The notes below the pieces were generated by a model, which did not search any database, was not told the DNA's origin, and worked only from the letters and a program-made list of their open reading frames with translations. Positions 1-10,033 of a stretch of DNA of 64,000 nt are shown piece by piece. The position numbers were made by a program, and so were the translations under genes. The DNA is from a virus: positions 1 through 64,000 of IMG/VR virus record IMGVR_UViG_3300043399_001092. One strand, written 5' to 3'. Numbering within the stretch: the stretch's first letter is position 1; each line of letters begins with the position of its first letter.

Positions 1-1
1 T

Positions 2-508
2 TATGTGTACAAAGAGGGTGCTCCAGAAGAAGAGCAAGTGTTCCTTGAAGACGACATTGAGGAAAGAGTACTTGCTTTTATATGGGCCACCGATGAGATA
101 GACAACTATTTTATCTGCAATGGAGTAGTTGTAACTCACTGCTTCCTGGAATCACTGGAAGAATTCTGTGAAGATGATGCTTACGAAGACTTCTTTAATT
201 ACGTAAAAGACCTTGAACGTGAAACCGGGTACACCGGCGAAGGAAGGCTTAATGTGGGAAGAAGGGAGTATCTTGTGCTTACCGACAAGGAAGCCGACAA
301 GAAGTTCAAGGAGTATCAGAATGACATTATCAATGATTTTGTGCTACCGGAAATTCCCCAGCAATATCGATCGTACTTTAAGTACAAGAAATTTCGAAAG
401 GATGTTCTCAAGGAAGACGGTCGTGGTCCTACTTTGGCCGGGTACGATGGAGAAGAGTTGGAGAAGATGGTCAATGGAACTTTCTATTACATCTACAGAA
501 CCAACTGA
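2..508 (+). CDS. hypothetical acidic phage protein (probably 5'-truncated by the window edge)
   Basis: Frame is open to the window edge (GTG at 5 is only the first possible start); TGATG stop/start overlap with the next gene. Confidence 0.7.
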   Translation, partial: YVYKEGAPEEEQVFLEDDIEERVLAFIWATDEIDNYFICNGVVVTHCFLESLEEFCEDDAYEDFFNYVKDLERETGYTGEGRLNVGRREYLVLTDKEADKKFKEYQNDIINDFVLPEIPQQYRSYFKYKKFRKDVLKEDGRGPTLAGYDGEELEKMVNGTFYYIYRTN

Positions 509-921
509 TGGTTAATTTTCCTACCTTTGACCCCGGTGCGGTAGAGCGGCCGCACCGGGAGTATTTCCAGAGGCTTAAAGTAGTAATAGAAGATCCCTAT
601 AAGAATACCCTGGGATCCAAAGAGCTGCTTTCACTATGCGCTATTTGTACAGCCGAGGAATTTAAAGTACCTGTTGAGGAACTGTTTTTACACAAATCCA
701 AAATCGAGGATATTTCAAAGATTCGTACAATAGCAATGGAAGTGTGTATGGAGAATCAACCGTACATGACAAAGAGCGAAGTAAACGTTTTTTTCAAAAA
801 AAGTAAATCTTGGTACGTGGGAAACTGTATGTTTGAACGAACCAAAGCATTTCAGCTTAAGAAACAAACGTGTCTTGACAGAGTAAAAGAGATTATTGAT
901 TACCTTTATTCCCCCGATTGA
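508..921 (+). CDS. DnaA C-terminal (domain IV)-like HTH DNA-binding protein
   Basis: TAEEFKVPVEELFLHKSKIEDISKIRTIAMEVC...TKSEVNVFF resembles the DnaA domain IV pattern; no AAA+ domain. Confidence 0.5.
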   Translation: MVNFPTFDPGAVERPHREYFQRLKVVIEDPYKNTLGSKELLSLCAICTAEEFKVPVEELFLHKSKIEDISKIRTIAMEVCMENQPYMTKSEVNVFFKKSKSWYVGNCMFERTKAFQLKKQTCLDRVKEIIDYLYSPD

Positions 922-923
922 TT

Positions 924-1481
924 ATGAGCTTGAGTTTAAAAGAATACCAACAGTTGGCAAAGCGTACCTTTAAAGACTTGGGTACTGATCAAAAGAACCT
1001 GCTTCATATGAAGATGGGTCTTATGACCGAGATTGGTGAAATCCTGGATGCTCTCAAGAAGCACATTGCTTATGGTAAAGAACTGGATGTAGTAAACATG
1101 CGAGAGGAGTGGGGTGATGCTATGTGGTATATTGCCAACTACTACACCATCAAAGGTAAAGAACTTCACTTTGAAGCAGAAAGCGTCTTTGACCTGTTCT
1201 TCTACATGTCCAGTAAGAACAATCCGGAGTTCACTTTGCTGCAGAACATGGCCAATGTTCTTTGCCGCAACAACATGAGCTTTGATGAAACCGCTGCTCT
1301 TATCTGGAGCATGGGTAAGAATTTTACCAAGGTCGATGAAGAGAAGGGCGACCTGCTTCAACTCAACATTGACAAACTACGTAAGCGTTATCCGGAGAAA
1401 TATTCGGATGAACAAGCACTTGTCCGGGATACGGACGCTGAGAGAAAGATTTTAGAAAACCGTCAAAATCAAAACCAATGA
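924..1481 (+). CDS. MazG-like nucleoside triphosphate pyrophosphohydrolase
   Basis: EYQQLAKRT, TEIGEILD, EEWGDAMWY and NIDKLRKRYPE motifs typical of phage MazG-like NTP-PPases; ATG at 924 preferred over TTG at 918. Confidence 0.85.
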   Translation: MSLSLKEYQQLAKRTFKDLGTDQKNLLHMKMGLMTEIGEILDALKKHIAYGKELDVVNMREEWGDAMWYIANYYTIKGKELHFEAESVFDLFFYMSSKNNPEFTLLQNMANVLCRNNMSFDETAALIWSMGKNFTKVDEEKGDLLQLNIDKLRKRYPEKYSDEQALVRDTDAERKILENRQNQNQ

Positions 1482-1816
1482 TCAGACAAATGTACACCGA
1501 GGTCAAAAACGATCGCCTCGGAGAACTGGTTACGGAACTGTTCGAAGAGCTGAACAACGTAGCCAAAACCAAGATTACTGCACTCGAAGCCGGATTTATC
1601 TGGAAAGAGGAAGTGATGCAACTGGAGGAAGTAATGAAAGACAACAGTGCTACCCCAGAACAACATCAGCGTTATGCTGAACTGAAAGAAGCGTTCCACA
1701 ACATGAAAGGACGTATTGGTTATGTGGTTGCATCCCAGAACGATTGCATTTCGCATCTGAACCAAATGTTCAACCTGGCCGAAGGTATTTCCCGGGTTAA
1801 CGAAAGCATCGGCTAA
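1478..1816 (+). CDS. hypothetical helical protein
   Basis: 112-aa ORF, ATGA overlap with the MazG gene, followed by a terminator. Confidence 0.75.
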   Translation: MIRQMYTEVKNDRLGELVTELFEELNNVAKTKITALEAGFIWKEEVMQLEEVMKDNSATPEQHQRYAELKEAFHNMKGRIGYVVASQNDCISHLNQMFNLAEGISRVNESIG

Positions 1817-1834
1817 TATTGCCATAGAACTATT

Positions 1835-1876
1835 AAGGGGAGGCGGTGGTTTTATCCACTGTCTCCCCTTTTTTTT
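1835..1876 (+). terminator. intrinsic terminator
   Basis: AAGGGGAGGCGGTGG-TTTTAT-CCACTGTCTCCCCTT hairpin followed by a T run. Confidence 0.85.
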
Positions 1877-1888
1877 AAATCCTTACTG

Positions 1889-2122
1889 ATGAAAATCGAA
1901 GCTAATACTTGGTACCTTACCCGTGATAAGAAACACGTGGTCTATGTTTCTGAACTAATCCGTGATGAACACGGATATGTGGAAGGAATGGTTTGTTCCG
2001 ACGATGTTCCGAGAAACGAAAGAGGTATGTACTACCGGTGCAGTTACCATGCTCTTGACTTGACAAAGGTTGTAAAGGTTCATACTGCATCAGAACCGGT
2101 TCTCAAAAATACCTTCCTGTAG
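1889..2122 (+). CDS. small hypothetical phage protein
   Basis: 77-aa ORF with A-rich start context; 3' end overlaps the convergent giant gene by 33 nt. Confidence 0.55.
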   Translation: MKIEANTWYLTRDKKHVVYVSELIRDEHGYVEGMVCSDDVPRNERGMYYRCSYHALDLTKVVKVHTASEPVLKNTFL

Positions 2123-5100
2123 ATACTTTTCATCTTCCTCGCTCCATTCCAACAATCTACCAACGTTTGCCCCAAAGGGAACAAGGCCTTTAGAATAATG
2201 GAACCATTCCGCGCGATCGTAGGAAGAGTCTTCTTCATAGACCGTGTCACGTAGTTCATCAAAGGTGTTGACAGCAGCCTTGTAAACACGAGTAATAGCG
2301 TCAGCCAAAGGAATAGCGTTCTTTGTCAGACGGGTGTACTCAAGGGGATTTACCGTAAAGGATAGTTCAGAGTATGCTTTTCTCATAATGGAATATCCAA
2401 AGCGGAGAGCATACTCATCTTCTTCGTCATCATCCGCTTTCATTGCAGCAGACAGCATCAACAGGAACGCAATCAACCCAAAGATCATACGCATTTCCAC
2501 AATGGTAGCTCCCAGTTGCGATATTCTCATTTCGGCGTAGTCCTCAAGACTAATTTGTTCGGCCAAGTCTGGATTCTCTTCTTTCCAGACCTTGTATTCT
2601 AGTTCTAAGCGTTCTACGTCCGGGGTAAACTGTTTCTCTTTACCGGCCAAACTACGGACAGCGGAAGGTATGTATGTTGCTTCAGCCATCATTCTACCAA
2701 ACCGCGCCATACCGGTAAGTACAAGATTGGTAAACGGAATGTCTTTCTTACTGGTGTCCTGGAACAAGTGTTTGAAAGCAACCCGGTATCTACCTTGTTC
2801 AGCGGCCATTGTACGATGATCATAGGACAGCTCACCAAAGCGTTCCTTTAAGATATTCGGCATCCAAGAACGATACTGCATTATCAACATACCCCATACG
2901 GTCATGTTGACGTAGGACTTGTCTTCGTCAGATACTTCACCGGAAATTCCGTTTCGTATCTTTTTTAGAGCTTCCCGGAAACGAATGTACAAATGATGCT
3001 TCTGCTCATCGGTGGCATTGATGTTGAACCGAGGACCGTCTTTTTCATCGTACTCGAATATCTCATACATCTGTCTGAACCCTTGATCTTTTAGCTCCTG
3101 CTTCAGAGTGATACCGTCTTTTTCAAAGTCTTGTTTCTTGAAGCGGACAAACTCGTTGTTCTTGTTTACACCAAAGTTCTGTGATACCGCACCGATAAGA
3201 GCGTTGTCTCTGGTTTCAGCTTCGTATCTCCAGACACCCATTGCCATACGGTCAATGTTGAAGTTCCTCCACCACTGAGCATACGTATGATCTTTGAAGG
3301 TACGGATAAAGTCCTTTTGTCTAAACTTTCCCATATCTGCCGGGTCCATACCGACGGCTTTGAGTTTTCTTTCGATAACGCTTTCGGAGTAAATGTCCAT
3401 GAACAAACCCAAAGCAGACATCTTAGTAGGTTCTTTGTAGTACAACTTAACGGCATTGTTGAATTGATCAGTGCTGTAATGAACACCTTTAGCTCCATCA
3501 ATCCACGCATTAAGTTTTGCTGCCACATAACCACCAAGAGCTTGTTTAAGTCCAAAGGACAAGGTTATCATTGTCCATCGACTTTTGAGTGTTCTCAGAA
3601 TCTCTGTCCTTGAAATCTCACGATCCCCGATTTTGTATATGGCATCTTTGGAACGCATATCAATACCGTAAAAGTGATAGTCCCTCAAAGCTTCAGCAAT
3701 TTCTTTTTCTTTAGCCGTTACTTCACGAGTAGCAAATTCAGAACCTACCCTCTTAAGACTACCTCTTGCAGTAGTTTCATACAACCGGGAGTTACCGTAC
3801 GCTTCTACCAACATGTTTGCAATACCTACTCTTTGCTTTACGGCTTTATGCGTCATGGCCATCTTACCAAACACCAGTAGAGAGTGCATTAAGTCCATAG
3901 ACTTCTCTTCTCCAGGAATCGGGTTTCCGTTGTCATCCAGTACAGGTGACATGAAATACACCGGTACTTCTCTGTTGAGTTTGGAACCTTCATCCATTGA
4001 AAGGTATCCAGAATCGTTCCTGGCCATTATGGAATTAAGAACAGCATCTGCAAGTAACTTAGGACTCATTCCTTCACTGTTCAAGAATCCTTCTACCAGT
4101 CCTTGACGAATCCACGGTATGAAGTTGGCTCTTTCTGGAGCATCTACCATTCCCAAGAAATTGCCCATGCTTTTGCGATAGAAGTTATAGAACTCACCCA
4201 AGGGAGTGTCTATAATATCCGCATACTCTTTTGTAATCCAGTTCTTGTCGGAGAACAAAGACTCTTTCATTTTTACAGCTCTATCGTTGGTCCAAGCATT
4301 GATAGCTCTTTCAGGGTTGGTTGACCAAAGATTGAAGTTCTTGTCATACTGGTCCATCCGAGCTTTAATTTTTTTCTCATCAAGACCTTGCAGCTTCAGT
4401 GTTTCTCTGAAGCGGTTTTTCCGAGCAATAAACTCCTCCTCAGTAATGTAAGGTTCGTAGTATTTTTTGAACCAATCAACATCTTCCATCTTTTTCCTGG
4501 CACTTCTTTCGTCAAAGAACTTTTTATCCAACTGACCAATGAGGTTCTTGGTTTTTGGATTAACCAGTTTCTTTATGAAAGCGGCCCGGCTGTTTGCATT
4601 TATCCACTCGTTTACACTATTATTAACCTTCGACCAGTCTTTGATAAACTTCTCCAGTTCACTGTTTACTTGCCTTTCATTCTCAAGTTTGATTTCATTG
4701 AGTGCCCTCATAAAGTAGTTCTTCTGATCGGACAATCCAAAGAACATCTGATTCAGACTACCCTCTTCTCGCTGCATTTTAAGTTCTCCGTCCTCAAGAA
4801 CATTATCTCCCAGTAGCCCGGCAATATATCGGTTGACAACCATTGAGTCCATTTCGTTCATCATGTAGGTAATCTCCTGGGTAAATGGACCAATTACCGC
4901 TTTAGCAACATCCGCAAGTTCTTTTCCTTTATGACTTGACTTAGACATCCGGGAATAATACTCACCCATGCGGGTAAACATGTCGGCCGCAGATCTTATT
5001 TTTCCTACAAGCTCTACCGCTTCTTTGTCAGTGTAATGCTTAAAATTACTTTTGCCATTAGCAAAAAACTTAGGTTCGTCCTTTCTTTTTTCGTAGTCTT

Positions 5101-6142
5101 CCCAAAGACTTCTTATGTTGTTGACAAGAATAGAGAAATCGTGGTTGATGACGATAGCTTCTACTTCACTTCTTAATTGTTCCGCAGCAATGGCATCTTC
5201 TTGTTTGGTACTCTTTTCCAGTTTACGTATTTTTGCAAACTGGTCTTTGAGGAAGTTGTCGATGTTTTTGACTTTTACCTTTTCCGTGAGCAACAGTGCT
5301 TGGGTTACACCAGATCCTTTCTCAAACGGTGAAGCCAACCTGGTTATCTTTTTCTTGGTCTTGTAAGTTCGAGTAACTTTGTCGTATGTCGAATCAATAA
5401 GGATGGGTAGTACAATAGCTCTCCCGGCAATTACGTCTGTAACGCCATAAGCGGCTTTTACATCCGCCGCAAGAATACCAAGCTGAATTTCGTACTCCTT
5501 GTACTTCTTGGTAAGACGCTCTGTATTTATGAAAGTACCGGATGCGTCAAAGTCTTTTGCAGAAACAATCTGAAACTTGAAGTCATATACCATTGCTGTT
5601 TTATCGGAGAACACAACAATCACGTCAATGGTAGAAGCCCTGGACTTTTTGGGATTAATGATAATCTGCTCCGAAAAAATCTTGAAGTCTTTAGTAGGGT
5701 CAATTTCCTTTTGTCTCTTGGCAGCATACGCTTTTATTGAATCAACAGCATGTCTAATTTGATTCAATACTGTTTGATCAATCTCCCATTCTCCGATATG
5801 TGTTCCAACCGGCTCACCTTTTATTATTTTCTCAAAGACTTTGTGACCGGCCGTCCCGGCTTCTGCAAATATGGGATCATTTTTATACTCTTTCTTCTCT
5901 TTGTTTTTATTCAAGATTCTATCCCGGTCTTTGGTTGCCGTTGTCGAGAACTCTTGTTTCCCGGACAATCTTCCTTCAGCGTAATACACGTGATCCTCCT
6001 CACGAAGCTTTATGTTTTCGGAGGTATGCTTAAACCTTTTTTCAATATCTTCGTAGGTATCTTCTGGTCGTATCTCATACGCCATTTCCCTATTTTGAAT
6101 AAGGTTTATCAGTTCATCAATGTTGGGTACTGTACAAGCCAT
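2090..6142 (-). CDS. large cargo/ejection protein with N-terminal PD-(D/E)XK nuclease-like domain and C-terminal hydrophobic helix
   Basis: 1350 aa, last gene of the late block; GTAGHKVFE..SEQII..STIDVI..VYDFK..YEIQLGI nuclease-like pattern; TM-like IFGLIAFLLMLSAAM; synteny with crAss-like giant genes. Confidence 0.7.
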   Translation of the reverse strand: MACTVPNIDELINLIQNREMAYEIRPEDTYEDIEKRFKHTSENIKLREEDHVYYAEGRLSGKQEFSTTATKDRDRILNKNKEKKEYKNDPIFAEAGTAGHKVFEKIIKGEPVGTHIGEWEIDQTVLNQIRHAVDSIKAYAAKRQKEIDPTKDFKIFSEQIIINPKKSRASTIDVIVVFSDKTAMVYDFKFQIVSAKDFDASGTFINTERLTKKYKEYEIQLGILAADVKAAYGVTDVIAGRAIVLPILIDSTYDKVTRTYKTKKKITRLASPFEKGSGVTQALLLTEKVKVKNIDNFLKDQFAKIRKLEKSTKQEDAIAAEQLRSEVEAIVINHDFSILVNNIRSLWEDYEKRKDEPKFFANGKSNFKHYTDKEAVELVGKIRSAADMFTRMGEYYSRMSKSSHKGKELADVAKAVIGPFTQEITYMMNEMDSMVVNRYIAGLLGDNVLEDGELKMQREEGSLNQMFFGLSDQKNYFMRALNEIKLENERQVNSELEKFIKDWSKVNNSVNEWINANSRAAFIKKLVNPKTKNLIGQLDKKFFDERSARKKMEDVDWFKKYYEPYITEEEFIARKNRFRETLKLQGLDEKKIKARMDQYDKNFNLWSTNPERAINAWTNDRAVKMKESLFSDKNWITKEYADIIDTPLGEFYNFYRKSMGNFLGMVDAPERANFIPWIRQGLVEGFLNSEGMSPKLLADAVLNSIMARNDSGYLSMDEGSKLNREVPVYFMSPVLDDNGNPIPGEEKSMDLMHSLLVFGKMAMTHKAVKQRVGIANMLVEAYGNSRLYETTARGSLKRVGSEFATREVTAKEKEIAEALRDYHFYGIDMRSKDAIYKIGDREISRTEILRTLKSRWTMITLSFGLKQALGGYVAAKLNAWIDGAKGVHYSTDQFNNAVKLYYKEPTKMSALGLFMDIYSESVIERKLKAVGMDPADMGKFRQKDFIRTFKDHTYAQWWRNFNIDRMAMGVWRYEAETRDNALIGAVSQNFGVNKNNEFVRFKKQDFEKDGITLKQELKDQGFRQMYEIFEYDEKDGPRFNINATDEQKHHLYIRFREALKKIRNGISGEVSDEDKSYVNMTVWGMLIMQYRSWMPNILKERFGELSYDHRTMAAEQGRYRVAFKHLFQDTSKKDIPFTNLVLTGMARFGRMMAEATYIPSAVRSLAGKEKQFTPDVERLELEYKVWKEENPDLAEQISLEDYAEMRISQLGATIVEMRMIFGLIAFLLMLSAAMKADDDEEDEYALRFGYSIMRKAYSELSFTVNPLEYTRLTKNAIPLADAITRVYKAAVNTFDELRDTVYEEDSSYDRAEWFHYSKGLVPFGANVGRLLEWSEEDEKYLQEGIFENRF

Positions 6143-6145
6143 AAG

Positions 6146-9100
6146 TTAAATTCCGCATTGCAGGGGAAAATCCCCGTTGTTTAAAAGTGATTCAGCATAT
6201 CTCTTTTCTTCGTCCGTAAGATATTTCAAAGAAGGTATAGCATCCACCATACGCCCTTCTTTGTTCTCTACTTCGGTCAACTGGTATTCGTTGTTTGCCG
6301 CTACAAAGGTAGCTCTTTCATCTTTAAGCTGCTGTTTGTATTTCTCAAGTAAGTCGTAGGACAACTGTACGTTGAACTCCTTTTCGTTTTCGGTGATTTT
6401 CATAAACTCCGAAATCTTGTCACCATATACCGCATAGTAAGAATCAAGGATGCCTCTGACAATATCAAAGTCTTTCTTGACCTTTATGGTCGTTACATCA
6501 TCTTCTGCCGATACAGTGCCGTATTCTTCGATCTCAGACACCATTTCATTCAAGGTAGTACTTGATATAGGCGGAGTGTAAATAACGCGGCTATCGGCCA
6601 ATGAGAGGTACTCATACACATTCTGTTTCAGTATCCTCTTGTCCAGTACACCGGCCGCTACCAGTTCAGCCATGTTGTCTACAAACGTCTTCTTGTCATC
6701 CAGTCGTTGGTTTACCCACTTGGTCATTTCTGGGTCTGTCATGTAGCCTCTGATGAACGAGAACAGGTCTTTGAAGTGATCCTTCATTTCAACCTTATCG
6801 CCATACTGCTTACGAAGACGATCCAGTTTACCGGTTAGGTAGCTGTATTGTACCGTGTTGGATTGAGCTTCAAGACTCTTGGTACCCATCTTGTCAAACA
6901 GACCTACCAGTGTTTGATTGAGGATGTCTTTGGCAGCTTGGTCATTTTGCCCTTGTTCAACAACAGGAACCTCTACCTTACCAGTTTCTGGGTTGTAGGC
7001 TATCATCCCGGCGGTATCAACTTGTACCAGTTCAACCGGATTCTGTTTGAGCAACGGCTCCATCCTCTTAGCCAAAAGAGCGTTGGACGCATTGTTGTCC
7101 AACTTGGTTTGTTCTACAAACGCTTCTGTGGTTGGCGGCAGAGGAACATTTGTTGGTTCAACACGTTCTTCCTCACGATATACATTCTCGTAAGGAATAA
7201 AACGATTGTAGTCCCAAATATCTTTTAGTCTTCCAAAAGTTAGCTTTGCCTTAAACGTATTTCTCCAATCAGCAATATTAAGTTCAATTCCGGAAGCTAA
7301 TTTGATTCTTTGGCTTTTGAAGTTTTCTTCGTTGTAAGTATTGTAACTGAAAATATCAACAACCTTTGCTTCTACATTTCCCGTGTGAGAATCAGAAAGA
7401 GGTTCGTAGCTGCTTACAACAGTACCGTTTTTATCTACAATATCATATCCTCCGATTCGGTTGTTCGAGCCTTCCAATACAAGGTTTTCAATCGTGTATC
7501 CGTCAGGTGCAACAATCCAAGTATCTGTAGTATATTCCTCAGAAATAATTTCTCGAATGTAGTGGTTGCGAGGGTACAGACTTTCAAATATCTTTTTTGA
7601 TTGATTTCTGGCAAGAGGAGAAATCCAGTCCAAGTCGTGTACTGCATTTTCTTCTGGTCTGTACACCGTACCTTGTTCAGCCAAAGTAACACTGCCGGTA
7701 AGAATAAAGTGCGGCGACATCTTTTCTACAATCGTATTTGCAAACTTGTCTTTTTCTAAAGCCTCGTTCAAAGAAACTTTACCTATTACTTTTCCTACAG
7801 CTCCAGGTTTAAAGGTAGAAGAAGTTATCAGAGATTCGTTTTGAAGAAGTATGCCGTCTGCAATTATACCAACGTTCCTATTTATTCTATCTATGCGAAC
7901 AGAAGAAAGAAGCTCAAAGAATTGACGAATCAATGCTGCAATAGAATCCAACAAAGATTTAGGTAAAGCTGTATTTGTTCTTTTGTGAAGTTCCTGGGAA
8001 ATTAAATCTCCAACGGCATCCAACAACTCATCTTGACTGAGGTTCTTGAACATAGAATACTTTTTCATTGACGAAGTAATTTCCGTGACAAGAGGGTTGT
8101 GTTGCATCATATATGCAATAACTTTCCCGGCTTGTTGTGGATAATCACTTTGGTTATTCTTGTTTACGTAAAGAACCTTGTTTAAAATATCAACATGAGC
8201 AAAGCTGTCTATACCCAATTTAAACTGAAGGTCGTCAAGTGTTTCTGTTTTAATTCCAAACTTGGATAAGTACATGGCTAAACTTTTGTTTAGCTCTGTA
8301 TCCAACTCCTTGTAAACAGCAGGGTTGTTTATAATATCTTGACGGTTTATAGCTACTTTGTTTAGAGAAGAGTTCTTTATTATTTCGTTGACAACTCCAT
8401 CTACGTCACTTTTTGACAAATCTTTGTTTTGCAATTTTTTTGACAATCGATAAGCGTTGTAATCATAAATGCCAATTTGCTTTAATAGAGAAAACACTTT
8501 GCCACTTTCTTCTTTTTTATAACTTTCCTTCAAACGCTTAAGCAAAGAAAAGTAGTTAAAGAATGTGTCGTACTTGGCAACATCCTCATACGATACCTTA
8601 TCTACACTCTTCTTAAATATCTTTTCGATCAACTCCTTGTTTGAGAAATACAAGTTCTTAACCATGTCCTCGCCTCTAAAATCATAAGGCTTATCCACAT
8701 CAAGTTTGTACAATCCCTTTTTTTCAAGCATCCTTCCTATGTCTGCCGGAACAGAAGCCATAAAACTTACATTGCTAAAAAGAACATCCAGTTCGGCGTA
8801 TAACTCTCTTATTGAAGGAGAGGACATAAGTCTTCCTTTAAACACGTTGTTTTTAGAATCCCATTCGCCAAAGATGTAAGTGTTCTTTGATTTAAACACT
8901 TGTAAGTTTCCGAGAACAGCTCCTTCAAACTTATCCAAAGTAATTTCCTTTCCTTCTCTCTTTCTTCCCATAAGAGCAACATAGTTGTCATATATGGTTT
9001 TTATCTCATCCTTTGAAAGGTTGAGTTCTTTGGCGGTATTTATTATTCTGAACCCTCCTGACTTTTCATAAGCGGCTTGTTTATCAAACGGAACTACTGC

Positions 9101-10033
9101 TTCCTGTACACCCGGCTTAACCGCAGCACCTTGTTCACTGTATTCTTGAGCTTGTTGTTCTTGCTCTGGAGTCAAAAACAAATCCGCCAAGTATTTGTCC
9201 GTGGTAATCACTTTGCTTTGAGGAACTTTGGAAACCGCTTCATTTATCTGCGACTTCCATTCTGCAACATCATACTTAGCACCTCTCTCCTGTATTCTTT
9301 TGTTGAACTCCTTGTCCGTAAGATTGATGACCTTATCGAACAAGTCAAGGTTATTCCTCAACAGATTGGTGTTTGATGTAAACAAGGTCTTGCCTTCAGA
9401 CAAAGCTCTGTCTTTGGCTTTGTCAAACATAGACTGCATCATCTGGTTGTACTCTTTATTCCACTTTTGAGTACCGCCATCTTTTACCTGGTAAGGTGTT
9501 ACATTGTACTTGGCCGCAATTTCCTTTACAGCCTTGTTTATTTCCGTAGCATAGTCATCGTCCAAAGAAATAAACTTATCCTCACCACGAGTCTTCAAGA
9601 AGCTCTTACCGATAGTTGGATGCCCAAAGACAACCCTGTCATTTGGCGTAATCATCTTATCGAACCCCAAGGCTTGGTACACTTGGTTTGATACAGGTTG
9701 TGTACTACTTGGTGCAACACCAACATCCTTATTGTACACCAGTTTCTGGAACCCCGGCTCTGTCATAAACTCACTCTCCGGTAATCCACTTAGGTATGCA
9801 GCACCATAAAGTGCTTTTGCAATATCAACCGCAGAACGTCCGGCTATCTTGTTTTGAGATACCAGGTTATCAACGTACTCCTTATTGGCTGTATAAGAAG
9901 CCTTACGGTTGGTTATGTTTTTTTCGAGATCGCCGACAATTTTAGGGTAGAGCTCGGAAGCTCCACCCTGATTGTTTACTGCCGTATGCTCTCCTTTGTT
10001 GTTCTTGCCAAATTGAATACTGCAAAAAGACAT
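6146..10033 (-). CDS. multidomain cargo protein (P-loop, degenerate zincin-like and nucleotidyltransferase-like domains)
   Basis: Start reassigned to ATG 10033 (MSFCS; TAATG overlap with the upstream stop), 1295 aa; VVFGHPTIGKS Walker A; FILTGS..HDLDW..RLKD Pol-beta-type motifs. Confidence 0.65.
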   Translation of the reverse strand: MSFCSIQFGKNNKGEHTAVNNQGGASELYPKIVGDLEKNITNRKASYTANKEYVDNLVSQNKIAGRSAVDIAKALYGAAYLSGLPESEFMTEPGFQKLVYNKDVGVAPSSTQPVSNQVYQALGFDKMITPNDRVVFGHPTIGKSFLKTRGEDKFISLDDDYATEINKAVKEIAAKYNVTPYQVKDGGTQKWNKEYNQMMQSMFDKAKDRALSEGKTLFTSNTNLLRNNLDLFDKVINLTDKEFNKRIQERGAKYDVAEWKSQINEAVSKVPQSKVITTDKYLADLFLTPEQEQQAQEYSEQGAAVKPGVQEAVVPFDKQAAYEKSGGFRIINTAKELNLSKDEIKTIYDNYVALMGRKREGKEITLDKFEGAVLGNLQVFKSKNTYIFGEWDSKNNVFKGRLMSSPSIRELYAELDVLFSNVSFMASVPADIGRMLEKKGLYKLDVDKPYDFRGEDMVKNLYFSNKELIEKIFKKSVDKVSYEDVAKYDTFFNYFSLLKRLKESYKKEESGKVFSLLKQIGIYDYNAYRLSKKLQNKDLSKSDVDGVVNEIIKNSSLNKVAINRQDIINNPAVYKELDTELNKSLAMYLSKFGIKTETLDDLQFKLGIDSFAHVDILNKVLYVNKNNQSDYPQQAGKVIAYMMQHNPLVTEITSSMKKYSMFKNLSQDELLDAVGDLISQELHKRTNTALPKSLLDSIAALIRQFFELLSSVRIDRINRNVGIIADGILLQNESLITSSTFKPGAVGKVIGKVSLNEALEKDKFANTIVEKMSPHFILTGSVTLAEQGTVYRPEENAVHDLDWISPLARNQSKKIFESLYPRNHYIREIISEEYTTDTWIVAPDGYTIENLVLEGSNNRIGGYDIVDKNGTVVSSYEPLSDSHTGNVEAKVVDIFSYNTYNEENFKSQRIKLASGIELNIADWRNTFKAKLTFGRLKDIWDYNRFIPYENVYREEERVEPTNVPLPPTTEAFVEQTKLDNNASNALLAKRMEPLLKQNPVELVQVDTAGMIAYNPETGKVEVPVVEQGQNDQAAKDILNQTLVGLFDKMGTKSLEAQSNTVQYSYLTGKLDRLRKQYGDKVEMKDHFKDLFSFIRGYMTDPEMTKWVNQRLDDKKTFVDNMAELVAAGVLDKRILKQNVYEYLSLADSRVIYTPPISSTTLNEMVSEIEEYGTVSAEDDVTTIKVKKDFDIVRGILDSYYAVYGDKISEFMKITENEKEFNVQLSYDLLEKYKQQLKDERATFVAANNEYQLTEVENKEGRMVDAIPSLKYLTDEEKRYAESLLNNGDFPLQCGI

